Made by a program: the position numbers and the translations under genes. From the NCBI GenBank assembly GCA_964478235.1, contig CAYZGX010000002.1, positions 20,677-84,676 on the forward strand: a DNA stretch of 64,000 nucleotides, in the 5' to 3' direction. Every line of letters begins with the position of its first letter. The stretch's first letter is position 1. The notes under the pieces are model-generated. The model made no database searches, had not been told where the DNA came from, and saw nothing but the letters and a program-made list of their open reading frames with translations. Shown here piece after piece: positions 18,913 through 27,018 of the stretch. The DNA comes from an uncultured Gammaproteobacteria bacterium. GTDB lineage: Bacteria > Patescibacteriota > Patescibacteriia > Magasanikbacterales > GWA2-37-8.

Positions 18913-19056
18913 TTCTCTTTAAGAGGAGTCGAACGGGGAAGGGAGAAACCGGAAGGTTTCTCATGCGGAGGAAAGGTATCGGAAAACCCGAAGGTTTTTC
19001 CGAAGAGGTCCCGACTTGGTCGGGACCGAGTTCGACTCCGGTGTAAACAGTAGCAG

Positions 19057-19150
19057 ATAAAACATAGGGCCGATATGCTTTTTCTCCTGATGCCCCGGCA
19101 TATGTCAAAAAAGCATATCGGCCCTATGTTTTTGTTTTTCTCACCCCCTT
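19057..19150 (+). terminator. Very long perfect hairpin plus U-run immediately upstream of recG
   Basis: aaaacatagggccgatatgcttttt ... aaaaagcatatcggccctatgtttt, a 22-24-bp stem with a nested palindromic loop, followed by tttttgttttt. Confidence 0.6.
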
Positions 19151-19170
19151 GGTGCTATACTACCGCCACT

Positions 19171-21225
19171 ATGGAATTGACCACTCGCTTGGCCCAGCTA
19201 CCTCGTGTAGGAAAATCAACAGTTGCCCGCTTAGAACGCCTCGGCCTCAGGACCGTCTATGATTTGTTATATTATTTCCCATTTCGTTACGAAGATTTCC
19301 GCCAGTGTCTGCCGATTAAACAACTAATTGAAGGCCAGGCGGTGACGGTCAAAGGCCGGATTGAGCTTATCGCCAATCGGCGTAGTTTTAAAACGAGAAA
19401 AACAATTACCGAAGCGCTGGTCTCTGATGAATCGGGGAGTCTCCGGGTGATTTGGTTTAACCAGCCGTTTATTACCAACAACCTGGCTTCTGGGGACGCG
19501 GTGTATCTGTCGGGAGTGGTGAAATCAGATATGCTCGGGCCACAGCTTGTTGGTCCAACTTATGAAAAGGTGGTTGGCGAAGCCGTGCATACCGCTCGGT
19601 TGGTTCCGGTGTATGGCATTACCGAAGGTTTGCCTCAAAAACAAATCAGACAAATGGTAAAATATTGTGTAGACTCGCTTAAAGAAGTTCCCGATTGGGT
19701 ACCAGACATTATCAAAGAGCGCTTTGATCTTCCGCCGCTGATTGGTGCAATTCACGGCATTCATTTTCCAAGCGACGATGCGCACCTCGCTGAGAGCACT
19801 CGTCGACTTAAATTTGATGAGTTATTTTTGTTGCAACTTCAAGCCGAAATTGCTCGGCGTGACCGGGTGGCATCGTCTGCTCCAGCTTTGGTATTTCAAG
19901 AAACCAACATCAAAGAGTTTGTAGCCAAGCTGCCATTTACTCTCACTAAAACACAAAAAATAGCGACCTGGGAAATTTTAAAAGATATTGCTGAGCCTCG
20001 GCCGATGAATCGCCTGCTCTCGGGTGATGTTGGCTCGGGGAAGACGGTGGTGGCCGCTATCGCCCTCTACAACACTGCGCTCAATGGCTTCCAAGGTGTT
20101 CTTATGGCGCCAACCGAGATTTTGGCCAGCCAACATTTCGAAGGTGTTTCTAAACTACTTTCTACCCTGCCGGTCGCTTTAGTAACTCGTACGCAAAGAT
20201 ATGTGAGTGACAACGGAGTGGTGACTAAGGTCACCAAAAAAGCTCTCCACACTATGCTTGCCGAAGGAAAAATAGCGGTAAGCATCGGAACGCACGCGCT
20301 CCTCACTGAAGCGGTGCATTTTAAACAGCTCGGCCTCGTGATCGTCGATGAACAGCACCGTTTTGGGGTAATGCAGCGAAAAATTATGAAAGACAAAGGC
20401 GCTGGTGCGCATTTTTTGAGTATGACTGCTACCCCGATTCCACGCTCGCTCGCGCTCATGCTCTATGGCGATTTGGAAGTTTCTATTATTAGCGAACTGC
20501 CTCCAGGGCGAAAGAAGATTATCACCAAAGTAGTTGAGCCGGCCAAACGTGAGAAAGCCTATGGCTTTATTCGCGACCAAGTCAAAGCTGGGCGACAAGT
20601 ATTTGTGGTCTGCCCGCTGATTGAAGGGGTGGGGCAGGGGACAGTGGAGAAAAAATCCGTGATGATGGAGTATGAAAAACTATCGACGATTATTTTTCCA
20701 GATTTGAAAGTTGGTTTTTTACATGGAAAATTAAAACCAGAAGAAAAAGAAGCGGTGATGGAGCAATTTGAAAAAAATGAAATACATATTCTCGTCTCAA
20801 CCTCAGTTATTGAGGTGGGGGTGAATATTCCGAACGCCAGTATTATGATGATTGAAGGTGCCGACCGTTTTGGTCTCGCCCAGCTTCACCAATTTCGCGG
20901 GCGGGTGGGGCGATCGAGTTATCAGTCGTATTGTTTACTTTTTACTGACAACACCGCCAAAGCAGTTGTAGAGCGGTTGGGATATTTTGAAGCCCACCAT
21001 GATGGCTTTGCCTTGGCTGAAAAAGATTTAGAAATTCGCGGACCTGGGCAAATGTACGGGGTGGAGCAGAGTGGGTCAATGCGTTTGCGCCTCGCCACAC
21101 TATCAGACAGTGAAATTGTAAAACAAGCTCGGGAAGCTGCCCGGGGTATCGCGCCCAATCTGGCCAACTACCCTCCACTACAAAAAATGCTCCACGAGGT
21201 GGAGCAAAGTTTGCACTTGGAATAG
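19171..21225 (+). CDS. recG: ATP-dependent DNA helicase RecG
   Basis: Wedge-domain N-terminus, helicase motifs GDVGSGKT, DEQHRFG and QLHQFRGRVGR. The start is at MELTTRL; the upstream extension lies inside the palindrome. Confidence 0.9.
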   Translation: MELTTRLAQLPRVGKSTVARLERLGLRTVYDLLYYFPFRYEDFRQCLPIKQLIEGQAVTVKGRIELIANRRSFKTRKTITEALVSDESGSLRVIWFNQPFITNNLASGDAVYLSGVVKSDMLGPQLVGPTYEKVVGEAVHTARLVPVYGITEGLPQKQIRQMVKYCVDSLKEVPDWVPDIIKERFDLPPLIGAIHGIHFPSDDAHLAESTRRLKFDELFLLQLQAEIARRDRVASSAPALVFQETNIKEFVAKLPFTLTKTQKIATWEILKDIAEPRPMNRLLSGDVGSGKTVVAAIALYNTALNGFQGVLMAPTEILASQHFEGVSKLLSTLPVALVTRTQRYVSDNGVVTKVTKKALHTMLAEGKIAVSIGTHALLTEAVHFKQLGLVIVDEQHRFGVMQRKIMKDKGAGAHFLSMTATPIPRSLALMLYGDLEVSIISELPPGRKKIITKVVEPAKREKAYGFIRDQVKAGRQVFVVCPLIEGVGQGTVEKKSVMMEYEKLSTIIFPDLKVGFLHGKLKPEEKEAVMEQFEKNEIHILVSTSVIEVGVNIPNASIMMIEGADRFGLAQLHQFRGRVGRSSYQSYCLLFTDNTAKAVVERLGYFEAHHDGFALAEKDLEIRGPGQMYGVEQSGSMRLRLATLSDSEIVKQAREAARGIAPNLANYPPLQKMLHEVEQSLHLE

Positions 21226-21228
21226 TGT

Positions 21229-22572
21229 TTACGATTGCAAAATCTTCTGAATAATCTCCTGAACATTTTTGAGCGGGGCGACTTTGAGCCCGACAACTTT
21301 GGCTTCGGTACCTTCGGGGATAACCGCTGTTTCAAAACCCATTTTTTTAATTTCCTCTAATCGTTTTTTAGCCGATCCAACGGGGCGAACTTCACCGCTT
21401 AAACCAACTTCGCCAAAGGCGACAATCGTGTGGGGGATAGCCTTGTTTTGGGTCGCTGACGCAATAGCGAGAAGCACGGCTAAGTCGGCGGCCGGCTCTT
21501 CTGCTTGAATACCGCCAATAACGTTTACAAAGACGTCATAGGACTCAAGCGGGAGACCGCTACGCTTGCTGAGGACAGCCAGAAGCACCTGGAGACGATT
21601 CAGATCAAAGCCTGACGCTCGGCGTTGAGGAAAGCCAAAGGTTGTTTTGGTAACGAGCGCTTGGATTTCAATAAGAAGTGGTCGCGAACCTTCCATGAGA
21701 CAGGTGATAGCTGTACCGGGAATTTTGTCATGACGACGAGACAAAAAAGCAACCGACGGATTGGTCACTTCGACTAACCCACTTTCTTCCATACTAAAAA
21801 TACCGACTTCGTCCGTTGAGCCAAAGCGGTTTTTCACGGCGCGTAAAATACGGAAGTTGTGAAATCTGTCACCTTCGAGATAGAGAACAGTATCCACTAA
21901 GTGTTCTAAGGTTTTTGGACCAGCGACAGCGCCATCTTTGGTAACTTGGCCAATGAGAATGATCGGCGTACCGGTGCGTTTGGCATAGGCCATCAGCGTG
22001 GCGGTCACCGCGCGAACCTGAGTGACGCTACCAGCGGTACCGTCGACCTCGTCAAACGTAATTGTTTGAATGGAATCAATAATTACGAGAGCTGGTTTGA
22101 GCTCATCAATAGTTGCTTCAATAACGCCGACATTTGTTTCGGCAAGAAGTTTGAGCTCTGGTGCAGTCACTTTGAGACGCTCGGCTCGAAGTTTAATTTG
22201 CTCCACCGATTCTTCACCCGAGACGTAAAGCGTCTTCGGGAGGGTGGTTGCAAGCTGAAGAGAAAGAGTGGATTTGCCAATACCCGGCTCACCGCCAAGC
22301 AAAATAAGACTGCCAGGGACAATTCCGCCGCCGAGCACAGTATCAAGCTCGCGCACGCCGGTAGACAAGCGACCGGCTGAGCTGGAAGTAACGTCCTGAA
22401 GAGCGATTGGTTTTCCAGCTGGGTAGACAGCTTTTTGTTCGGCTTTGGCTACGGTAGGCGCATTAATTTCGGTGAGTGTACCCCATTTGCCGCATTCGAG
22501 ACACCGACCACTCCATTTGGAATATTGGGCGTCACAGACAGTGCAAGAAAAAAGAGTGGTAGATTTTGACAT
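21229..22572 (-). CDS. radA: DNA repair protein RadA/Sms
   Basis: N-terminal C4 zinc finger (CTVCDAQYSKWSGRCLECGKWG), RecA-like Walker A GEPGIGKST, and a Lon-protease-like C-terminal domain. Confidence 0.9.
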   Translation of the reverse strand: MSKSTTLFSCTVCDAQYSKWSGRCLECGKWGTLTEINAPTVAKAEQKAVYPAGKPIALQDVTSSSAGRLSTGVRELDTVLGGGIVPGSLILLGGEPGIGKSTLSLQLATTLPKTLYVSGEESVEQIKLRAERLKVTAPELKLLAETNVGVIEATIDELKPALVIIDSIQTITFDEVDGTAGSVTQVRAVTATLMAYAKRTGTPIILIGQVTKDGAVAGPKTLEHLVDTVLYLEGDRFHNFRILRAVKNRFGSTDEVGIFSMEESGLVEVTNPSVAFLSRRHDKIPGTAITCLMEGSRPLLIEIQALVTKTTFGFPQRRASGFDLNRLQVLLAVLSKRSGLPLESYDVFVNVIGGIQAEEPAADLAVLLAIASATQNKAIPHTIVAFGEVGLSGEVRPVGSAKKRLEEIKKMGFETAVIPEGTEAKVVGLKVAPLKNVQEIIQKILQS

Positions 22573-22578
22573 AGGCAG

Positions 22579-23877
22579 TTACGGAGTAGCTTTTTTTATA
22601 AAGGTAAATTTATCGTGGTAACTTTTCTTACTTAAACTATCAAGTTTAACAATGCGGGGGTTGGCGTTGGGAGCACGACCGCTTAGGCCACCGTACGATT
22701 CAGCGATGAAGCCGTCGCCAATATACATGATGACATGTCCAACCCACCCAAGCAGGTCGCCGGAAGCGAGTTTGGCGCCATTAACCGTCTCTGTTGAGTA
22801 ATCGGTGTTAGCTGGATCAATTGGGTCGGCGTTGCTAGACATAGCTGAGGTGCCACCACCTGGTGAGGCGATGCCAGCACATTTGTAAACATAGTTTACA
22901 AAACCAGAACAGTCAAGACAAATATTGTTTTCGGGACAGAAGCTTTTGAAGGCTTCATACTTTGCATCTTTTTCTGGATAAGGCGCGGCCCCACCCTTGC
23001 CACCCCAACGGTAGGCTACTTTTTCTTTCATGCTTTCCACAATAGCTTTAACCTCAGAAGCGCCACCGGTGCTTGGACAGTACACACCCTGAGCGTTTAA
23101 GGTGGAAGTGCTCACTGTGCCTGTTGGTACACCAGCAACTGTTGTTGGACGCGAAGGTGGAGCGGCGTTTTCATCGAGAGCATCGTCGCTTTCACCATCA
23201 AGTACATATTCAACAGGTTCAATATATTTAACACGCAACGCCTGAAACTTGGTGAGTTTTGGATTGATGGTGTTAAGGACAAAATATGATCCCCACATAA
23301 TCATGAGTCCGATAACTACTTGGCCAATTTGGTGGTAGCCTTCCATTTTACCTTCACCACCGGCTGACAAGATAATTGTCACACCACTTTTAATAATCAT
23401 GAGGACAGCGAGGATGCTGCCGATTACTAAAGCATAATTATACAAAGCAGATAAAAATTCGCCGACATAGGGAACGTGGATATAGCCATCTTTGTCCAGA
23501 GTTTGTTTGGCATCGCTAAAATTCAGCCCCGGGATATTGATTTCAAGGGCTGGTTTTTTAAGCTCAACAATTTCATTTTGTACGCCAACACCAAAAACAG
23601 TAGTAGTGCTTCTTTGATATTCGTTCATGCGAATTGGATCAAAATAGCAGTAGCCATTTTGACAAGCTGACCCACCAAGCGCATCGGGTAAATTACTGTT
23701 GGATACACAGTCGCTTTGAGAGGAGCATTCTTTGTCGCTCAAAGTACATTTAAGATCTTGATTTGGTCCACAAACAATTAATTCCCCCTGAGCGAGTGCG
23801 ACAGCAGGAGAGATTAAAAACGGAAAGCTCAAAAGTAGTGCGCTAACAGTGGACAAAAAACGCTTAAATACACGCAT
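22579..23877 (-). CDS. Secreted/membrane protein with a Cys-rich N-domain, central hydrophobic hairpin and C-terminal NlpC/P60-like peptidase domain
   Basis: Signal peptide, multiple Cys, two TM-like segments, then DCSGF...GHVIMYIGDG (Cys/His of the NlpC/P60 fold). Confidence 0.55.
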   Translation of the reverse strand: MRVFKRFLSTVSALLLSFPFLISPAVALAQGELIVCGPNQDLKCTLSDKECSSQSDCVSNSNLPDALGGSACQNGYCYFDPIRMNEYQRSTTTVFGVGVQNEIVELKKPALEINIPGLNFSDAKQTLDKDGYIHVPYVGEFLSALYNYALVIGSILAVLMIIKSGVTIILSAGGEGKMEGYHQIGQVVIGLMIMWGSYFVLNTINPKLTKFQALRVKYIEPVEYVLDGESDDALDENAAPPSRPTTVAGVPTGTVSTSTLNAQGVYCPSTGGASEVKAIVESMKEKVAYRWGGKGGAAPYPEKDAKYEAFKSFCPENNICLDCSGFVNYVYKCAGIASPGGGTSAMSSNADPIDPANTDYSTETVNGAKLASGDLLGWVGHVIMYIGDGFIAESYGGLSGRAPNANPRIVKLDSLSKKSYHDKFTFIKKATP

Positions 23878-23881
23878 ACAA

Positions 23882-24538
23882 TTATTGAGCGATAAATGAG
23901 GTCAAAAGCTGCTCCAAATCCACCTCTTCATTAGGATTGAGCATCTTGTTATTGATAAAAACGACTGGGGCAGATGGGAGGCCGAGCTGTTCGGCGAGAA
24001 TAATATCTTCGCCAAGTAGTTGGGTGGTGGCCGAATCAGATACACAAAAATCCCATTGAGGAAGATTGAGGTAGAGTGTCGTGGCAATTTCACGTAAAGC
24101 TTTGGCACTTAATCGTCCTTTGTGAGCGAAGGAAGCGTTTACAAAATCCCAGAAATGATTTTGTGCTCCGGCGCAGACCGCCGCGGTATGAGCTGTGACC
24201 GGCTGGGTGAAAATGCCAGATCCTGGATGATCTTTCCAGATAAAACGAATTTTAAGTGGATTTTTAGCGACCACACGCTCAATAGCTTGATAATAGTTTT
24301 TGGATTGTTTGTCAGTGAGGTCGAAAAATCCAATCACGGTCATCGGAGCGCCGGGGTTACCAAGCATCTGATCTTTTTCGGTGGTTGGTACGTTAATCAG
24401 ATTAGGGCTGAGAAGAGGAAGAGTCTCAGCAGTAGTAGTGATAGAGAACGCTTGGCGGATTTGTTGGAATAGAATAAGACCAGTTAGCGCGATAACTAGA
24501 ACAAGTGCTAGAAGAAGTTTTTTAAAGGTGCTCTTCAT
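23882..24538 (-). CDS. DsbA/thioredoxin-fold protein lacking the CxxC active site
   Basis: DsbA-like block GNPGAPMTVIGFFDLTDKQSKNYY, in which the usual CPxC is replaced by TDKQ. Confidence 0.5.
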   Translation of the reverse strand: MKSTFKKLLLALVLVIALTGLILFQQIRQAFSITTTAETLPLLSPNLINVPTTEKDQMLGNPGAPMTVIGFFDLTDKQSKNYYQAIERVVAKNPLKIRFIWKDHPGSGIFTQPVTAHTAAVCAGAQNHFWDFVNASFAHKGRLSAKALREIATTLYLNLPQWDFCVSDSATTQLLGEDIILAEQLGLPSAPVVFINNKMLNPNEEVDLEQLLTSFIAQ

Positions 24539-24541
24539 AGC

Positions 24542-25780
24542 TTAGAGATTAACCTGAAAGGCACCAACCTGCTGAGTGTCGGTGAAAATAACTTTTTTGC
24601 GAGTAGCGTCGTAGGAAACGGTGTCAAAAGTGTAATTTTTATCAAGAGCAATTGGAGTTTTGAGGCCAGTTTTTAAATCAATCTTGTATAAATCGTCAGG
24701 GGTAGTGCGAGCAATTTCTGGCACCATACCAGCGCCTTCAGGGAGTTCGCGAGGGGCAGCGCAATAGACCGTATTATCGTCGGCAAAGGTACATTTTTCA
24801 GCCCAGGTATTCAGTTGGAGGGATAATCGGCCGCTACCAATTTGGTCGCCGTAGGCGTTGGTGATCCAGAGCTCTGGTTTGTAGCCACTGCGAGCGCTAT
24901 CAACGCTATAGAGCAATTTTTGGCCAGTAGTCGACCATTGTGATTGAAAATCTAAACCTTCTACAATGATAGATTTAAAATTTTCTCCACCTAAGCCGAG
25001 GAGAAAGATCTCGCTTCGGTCGGCACCCTGTGGAGCACCGGTTTTGGAGAAGGCTGCCACTTGGCGACTTGGCGACCAGTCAACAATAACTTTTTCGGCG
25101 TTGTTGCCGAGCGGCTCAATCAGCTTGGTGCCGGTGCCATCATCTTTGGTGGTGACAAGCCAGCGATTTTCAGGAGAGAGACCAATGCTTTTGGCAGCAA
25201 TTTCGCTCGAATCAGGGGAGAAAGAAAAATCTTCCCAATGTTTTGGGAGGGTAACTTGTTTATTTTTGGCAAAATCGTAGACTATTTTTGAACCATCTGG
25301 ATAGCTGAGTACTGCTTTGTCTTGTGTTTTTGCCCAGGTGACATCTTGAACATTGAAAAAAACTTGGTCAGAAAGTGAAGATAGCGATCCGTCGGCATTT
25401 GTTTTGTAAAACTTACCATCACTGGCGTTGTGATAGCGAAGTGAGCCATTGTTGGAGGCAACCGATGGGTAGACCGCTAAATCTTTAGTAAGCTGGGTCA
25501 CTGCTTGGGGGCGATAAAAGTTTTGGTTATCTGGTTGGCGAGTAATTCCCGCTGTTGGCAGGCCACCGGCGCCTACTCCGCCGTCACCTACGCCAGCAGT
25601 GGTGGTGCGAGTTTGTGACCCCGGGAGAGCTCCTGAGCCCGTTGGAGCGCCCGCTACTGGTGGGCGAGTGGCAGTTGGCGCTTGTGAGCGAGTAAACATG
25701 TAATACAGGCCAAAACCAATGAGCCCGACAAGAACGAGAAAGCCCAGGATAAGGAGTGCGCGTTTAACAGTTGGTGACAT
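24542..25780 (-). CDS. Membrane-anchored protein with a Pro/Gly-rich linker and a beta-propeller-like (TolB-like) domain
   Basis: N-terminal TM helix, low-complexity PVAGAPTGSGALPG, then repeated W/D-rich beta-strand motifs. Confidence 0.45.
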   Translation of the reverse strand: MSPTVKRALLILGFLVLVGLIGFGLYYMFTRSQAPTATRPPVAGAPTGSGALPGSQTRTTTAGVGDGGVGAGGLPTAGITRQPDNQNFYRPQAVTQLTKDLAVYPSVASNNGSLRYHNASDGKFYKTNADGSLSSLSDQVFFNVQDVTWAKTQDKAVLSYPDGSKIVYDFAKNKQVTLPKHWEDFSFSPDSSEIAAKSIGLSPENRWLVTTKDDGTGTKLIEPLGNNAEKVIVDWSPSRQVAAFSKTGAPQGADRSEIFLLGLGGENFKSIIVEGLDFQSQWSTTGQKLLYSVDSARSGYKPELWITNAYGDQIGSGRLSLQLNTWAEKCTFADDNTVYCAAPRELPEGAGMVPEIARTTPDDLYKIDLKTGLKTPIALDKNYTFDTVSYDATRKKVIFTDTQQVGAFQVNL

Positions 25781-25803
25781 ACGAAAAAAATTACTAAACT
25801 AAA

Positions 25804-27006
25804 TTAAGCAGCCTGCCGAGGCTGTTGTATCTCTGGGCTTTGGCTGGTGGCTGCGTCGAGCTGGTTGGCGCGAGCTTGGGCTCTCGCCAAGTTAATAGAT
25901 TTTACCTGCTGTGATTGATTATAATATTTTTTGAGATCTTTGTTAAAGGCCTCAAGTTTTTTAATAAATTCATCCATCGCTTTCGCATTCTTGCTAAAGG
26001 CTTTTGGGAAAATTACTGCAAACACCAGAGCAAGCGGTAGAACTAAGATTAAAAGAATTGGAATGATAATGGTTTCTAAGGTGGCTATAAAAGCTTCGAG
26101 CCACTTACTAAAAAAGTCTACCACAGCTACGCCACGCTCAGCATTTTTGAGGAGACGAATAAGACGGTTGGTCACTTTAATCGCTTCGCGAATACTTCGT
26201 CGACCGGCAGTTTCAATTTTATTAAATAAATAACCAACTCCCGGAATACGTTTGACGATCATCCAGGCCCAGCCTTTGCCAAATTGCGGACGAAAAGCGC
26301 CAAGCTCAGATTCGGAGCTCTCAGCTGAAGTGTTTTGGGCGCCCTGCATGCGCCCTGCCCGTGAAGAAGACCGCTCCTCGGCAACTGTTTGGGCTTCGTC
26401 TGGTGAAATTGCTGGCGGTTCGCCTCCGCCAACCTCTTCATCGTCGTTGGCAGCACTAATACCACGACTGGTGGCGTATTCATTGCCTTGACCAATATCG
26501 CCTTTAAGAAGGCTTGTATCTTCAACGTCGTCGTTCGCCGTAGCCTTTTTGGAGTAAGGGCTCAATGGTGCTATGCCACTTTCAAAAGCACTCGGCGACC
26601 CTGGATCGCTCGGGAGTGTTTGGCGGTCGCGTGCTATTTCGCCGGCGGCCTGGTTAGCGCCAGCTGGTGCTAAACGTGGGGGAGTGGCTGTTTTTTCATC
26701 AGATAAAATATCAGCAGCAATACTCGAGCTCGGTTCGTCCATACCTTCGGCAAAAAAATCGCTAGCTGGTGATTCGTTCACTCCAAGATCGCCAGCACCG
26801 CCGTTTTGTCCTGAACGGCGAGTGGTGCGACGTATGGTGGCTGTCTGATCAGGAAGTTTGAGGTCAACAACAAGATTATTGCCGTTTTTTTGCGCAGCAA
26901 TAGTGCCCGATGTAGCATCTATCGAGATGGAAGCGTTGGTAGGTTGTGCCCCTCCAGAAGTTTCGGTAGCCTCGGGGTTGTTGACGACAAGCTTATCATC
27001 AGCCAT
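25804..27006 (-). CDS. Hypothetical protein with a disordered N-terminus and a C-terminal TM helix
   Basis: Low-complexity acidic/Ser-rich N-terminal half. Hydrophobic stretch IIPILLILVLPLALVFAVIF. Confidence 0.4.
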   Translation of the reverse strand: MADDKLVVNNPEATETSGGAQPTNASISIDATSGTIAAQKNGNNLVVDLKLPDQTATIRRTTRRSGQNGGAGDLGVNESPASDFFAEGMDEPSSSIAADILSDEKTATPPRLAPAGANQAAGEIARDRQTLPSDPGSPSAFESGIAPLSPYSKKATANDDVEDTSLLKGDIGQGNEYATSRGISAANDDEEVGGGEPPAISPDEAQTVAEERSSSRAGRMQGAQNTSAESSESELGAFRPQFGKGWAWMIVKRIPGVGYLFNKIETAGRRSIREAIKVTNRLIRLLKNAERGVAVVDFFSKWLEAFIATLETIIIPILLILVLPLALVFAVIFPKAFSKNAKAMDEFIKKLEAFNKDLKKYYNQSQQVKSINLARAQARANQLDAATSQSPEIQQPRQAA

Positions 27007-27018
27007 AAGGCACTAGTG

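Noticed and set aside
19075-19170. N-terminal extension of recG (MLFLLMPRHMSKKHIGPM...) from the longest-ORF start.
   Set aside because: The extension is translated from the 80-bp perfect palindrome and reads as nonsense-like peptide. A conserved RecG N-terminus begins at MELTTRL (19171).
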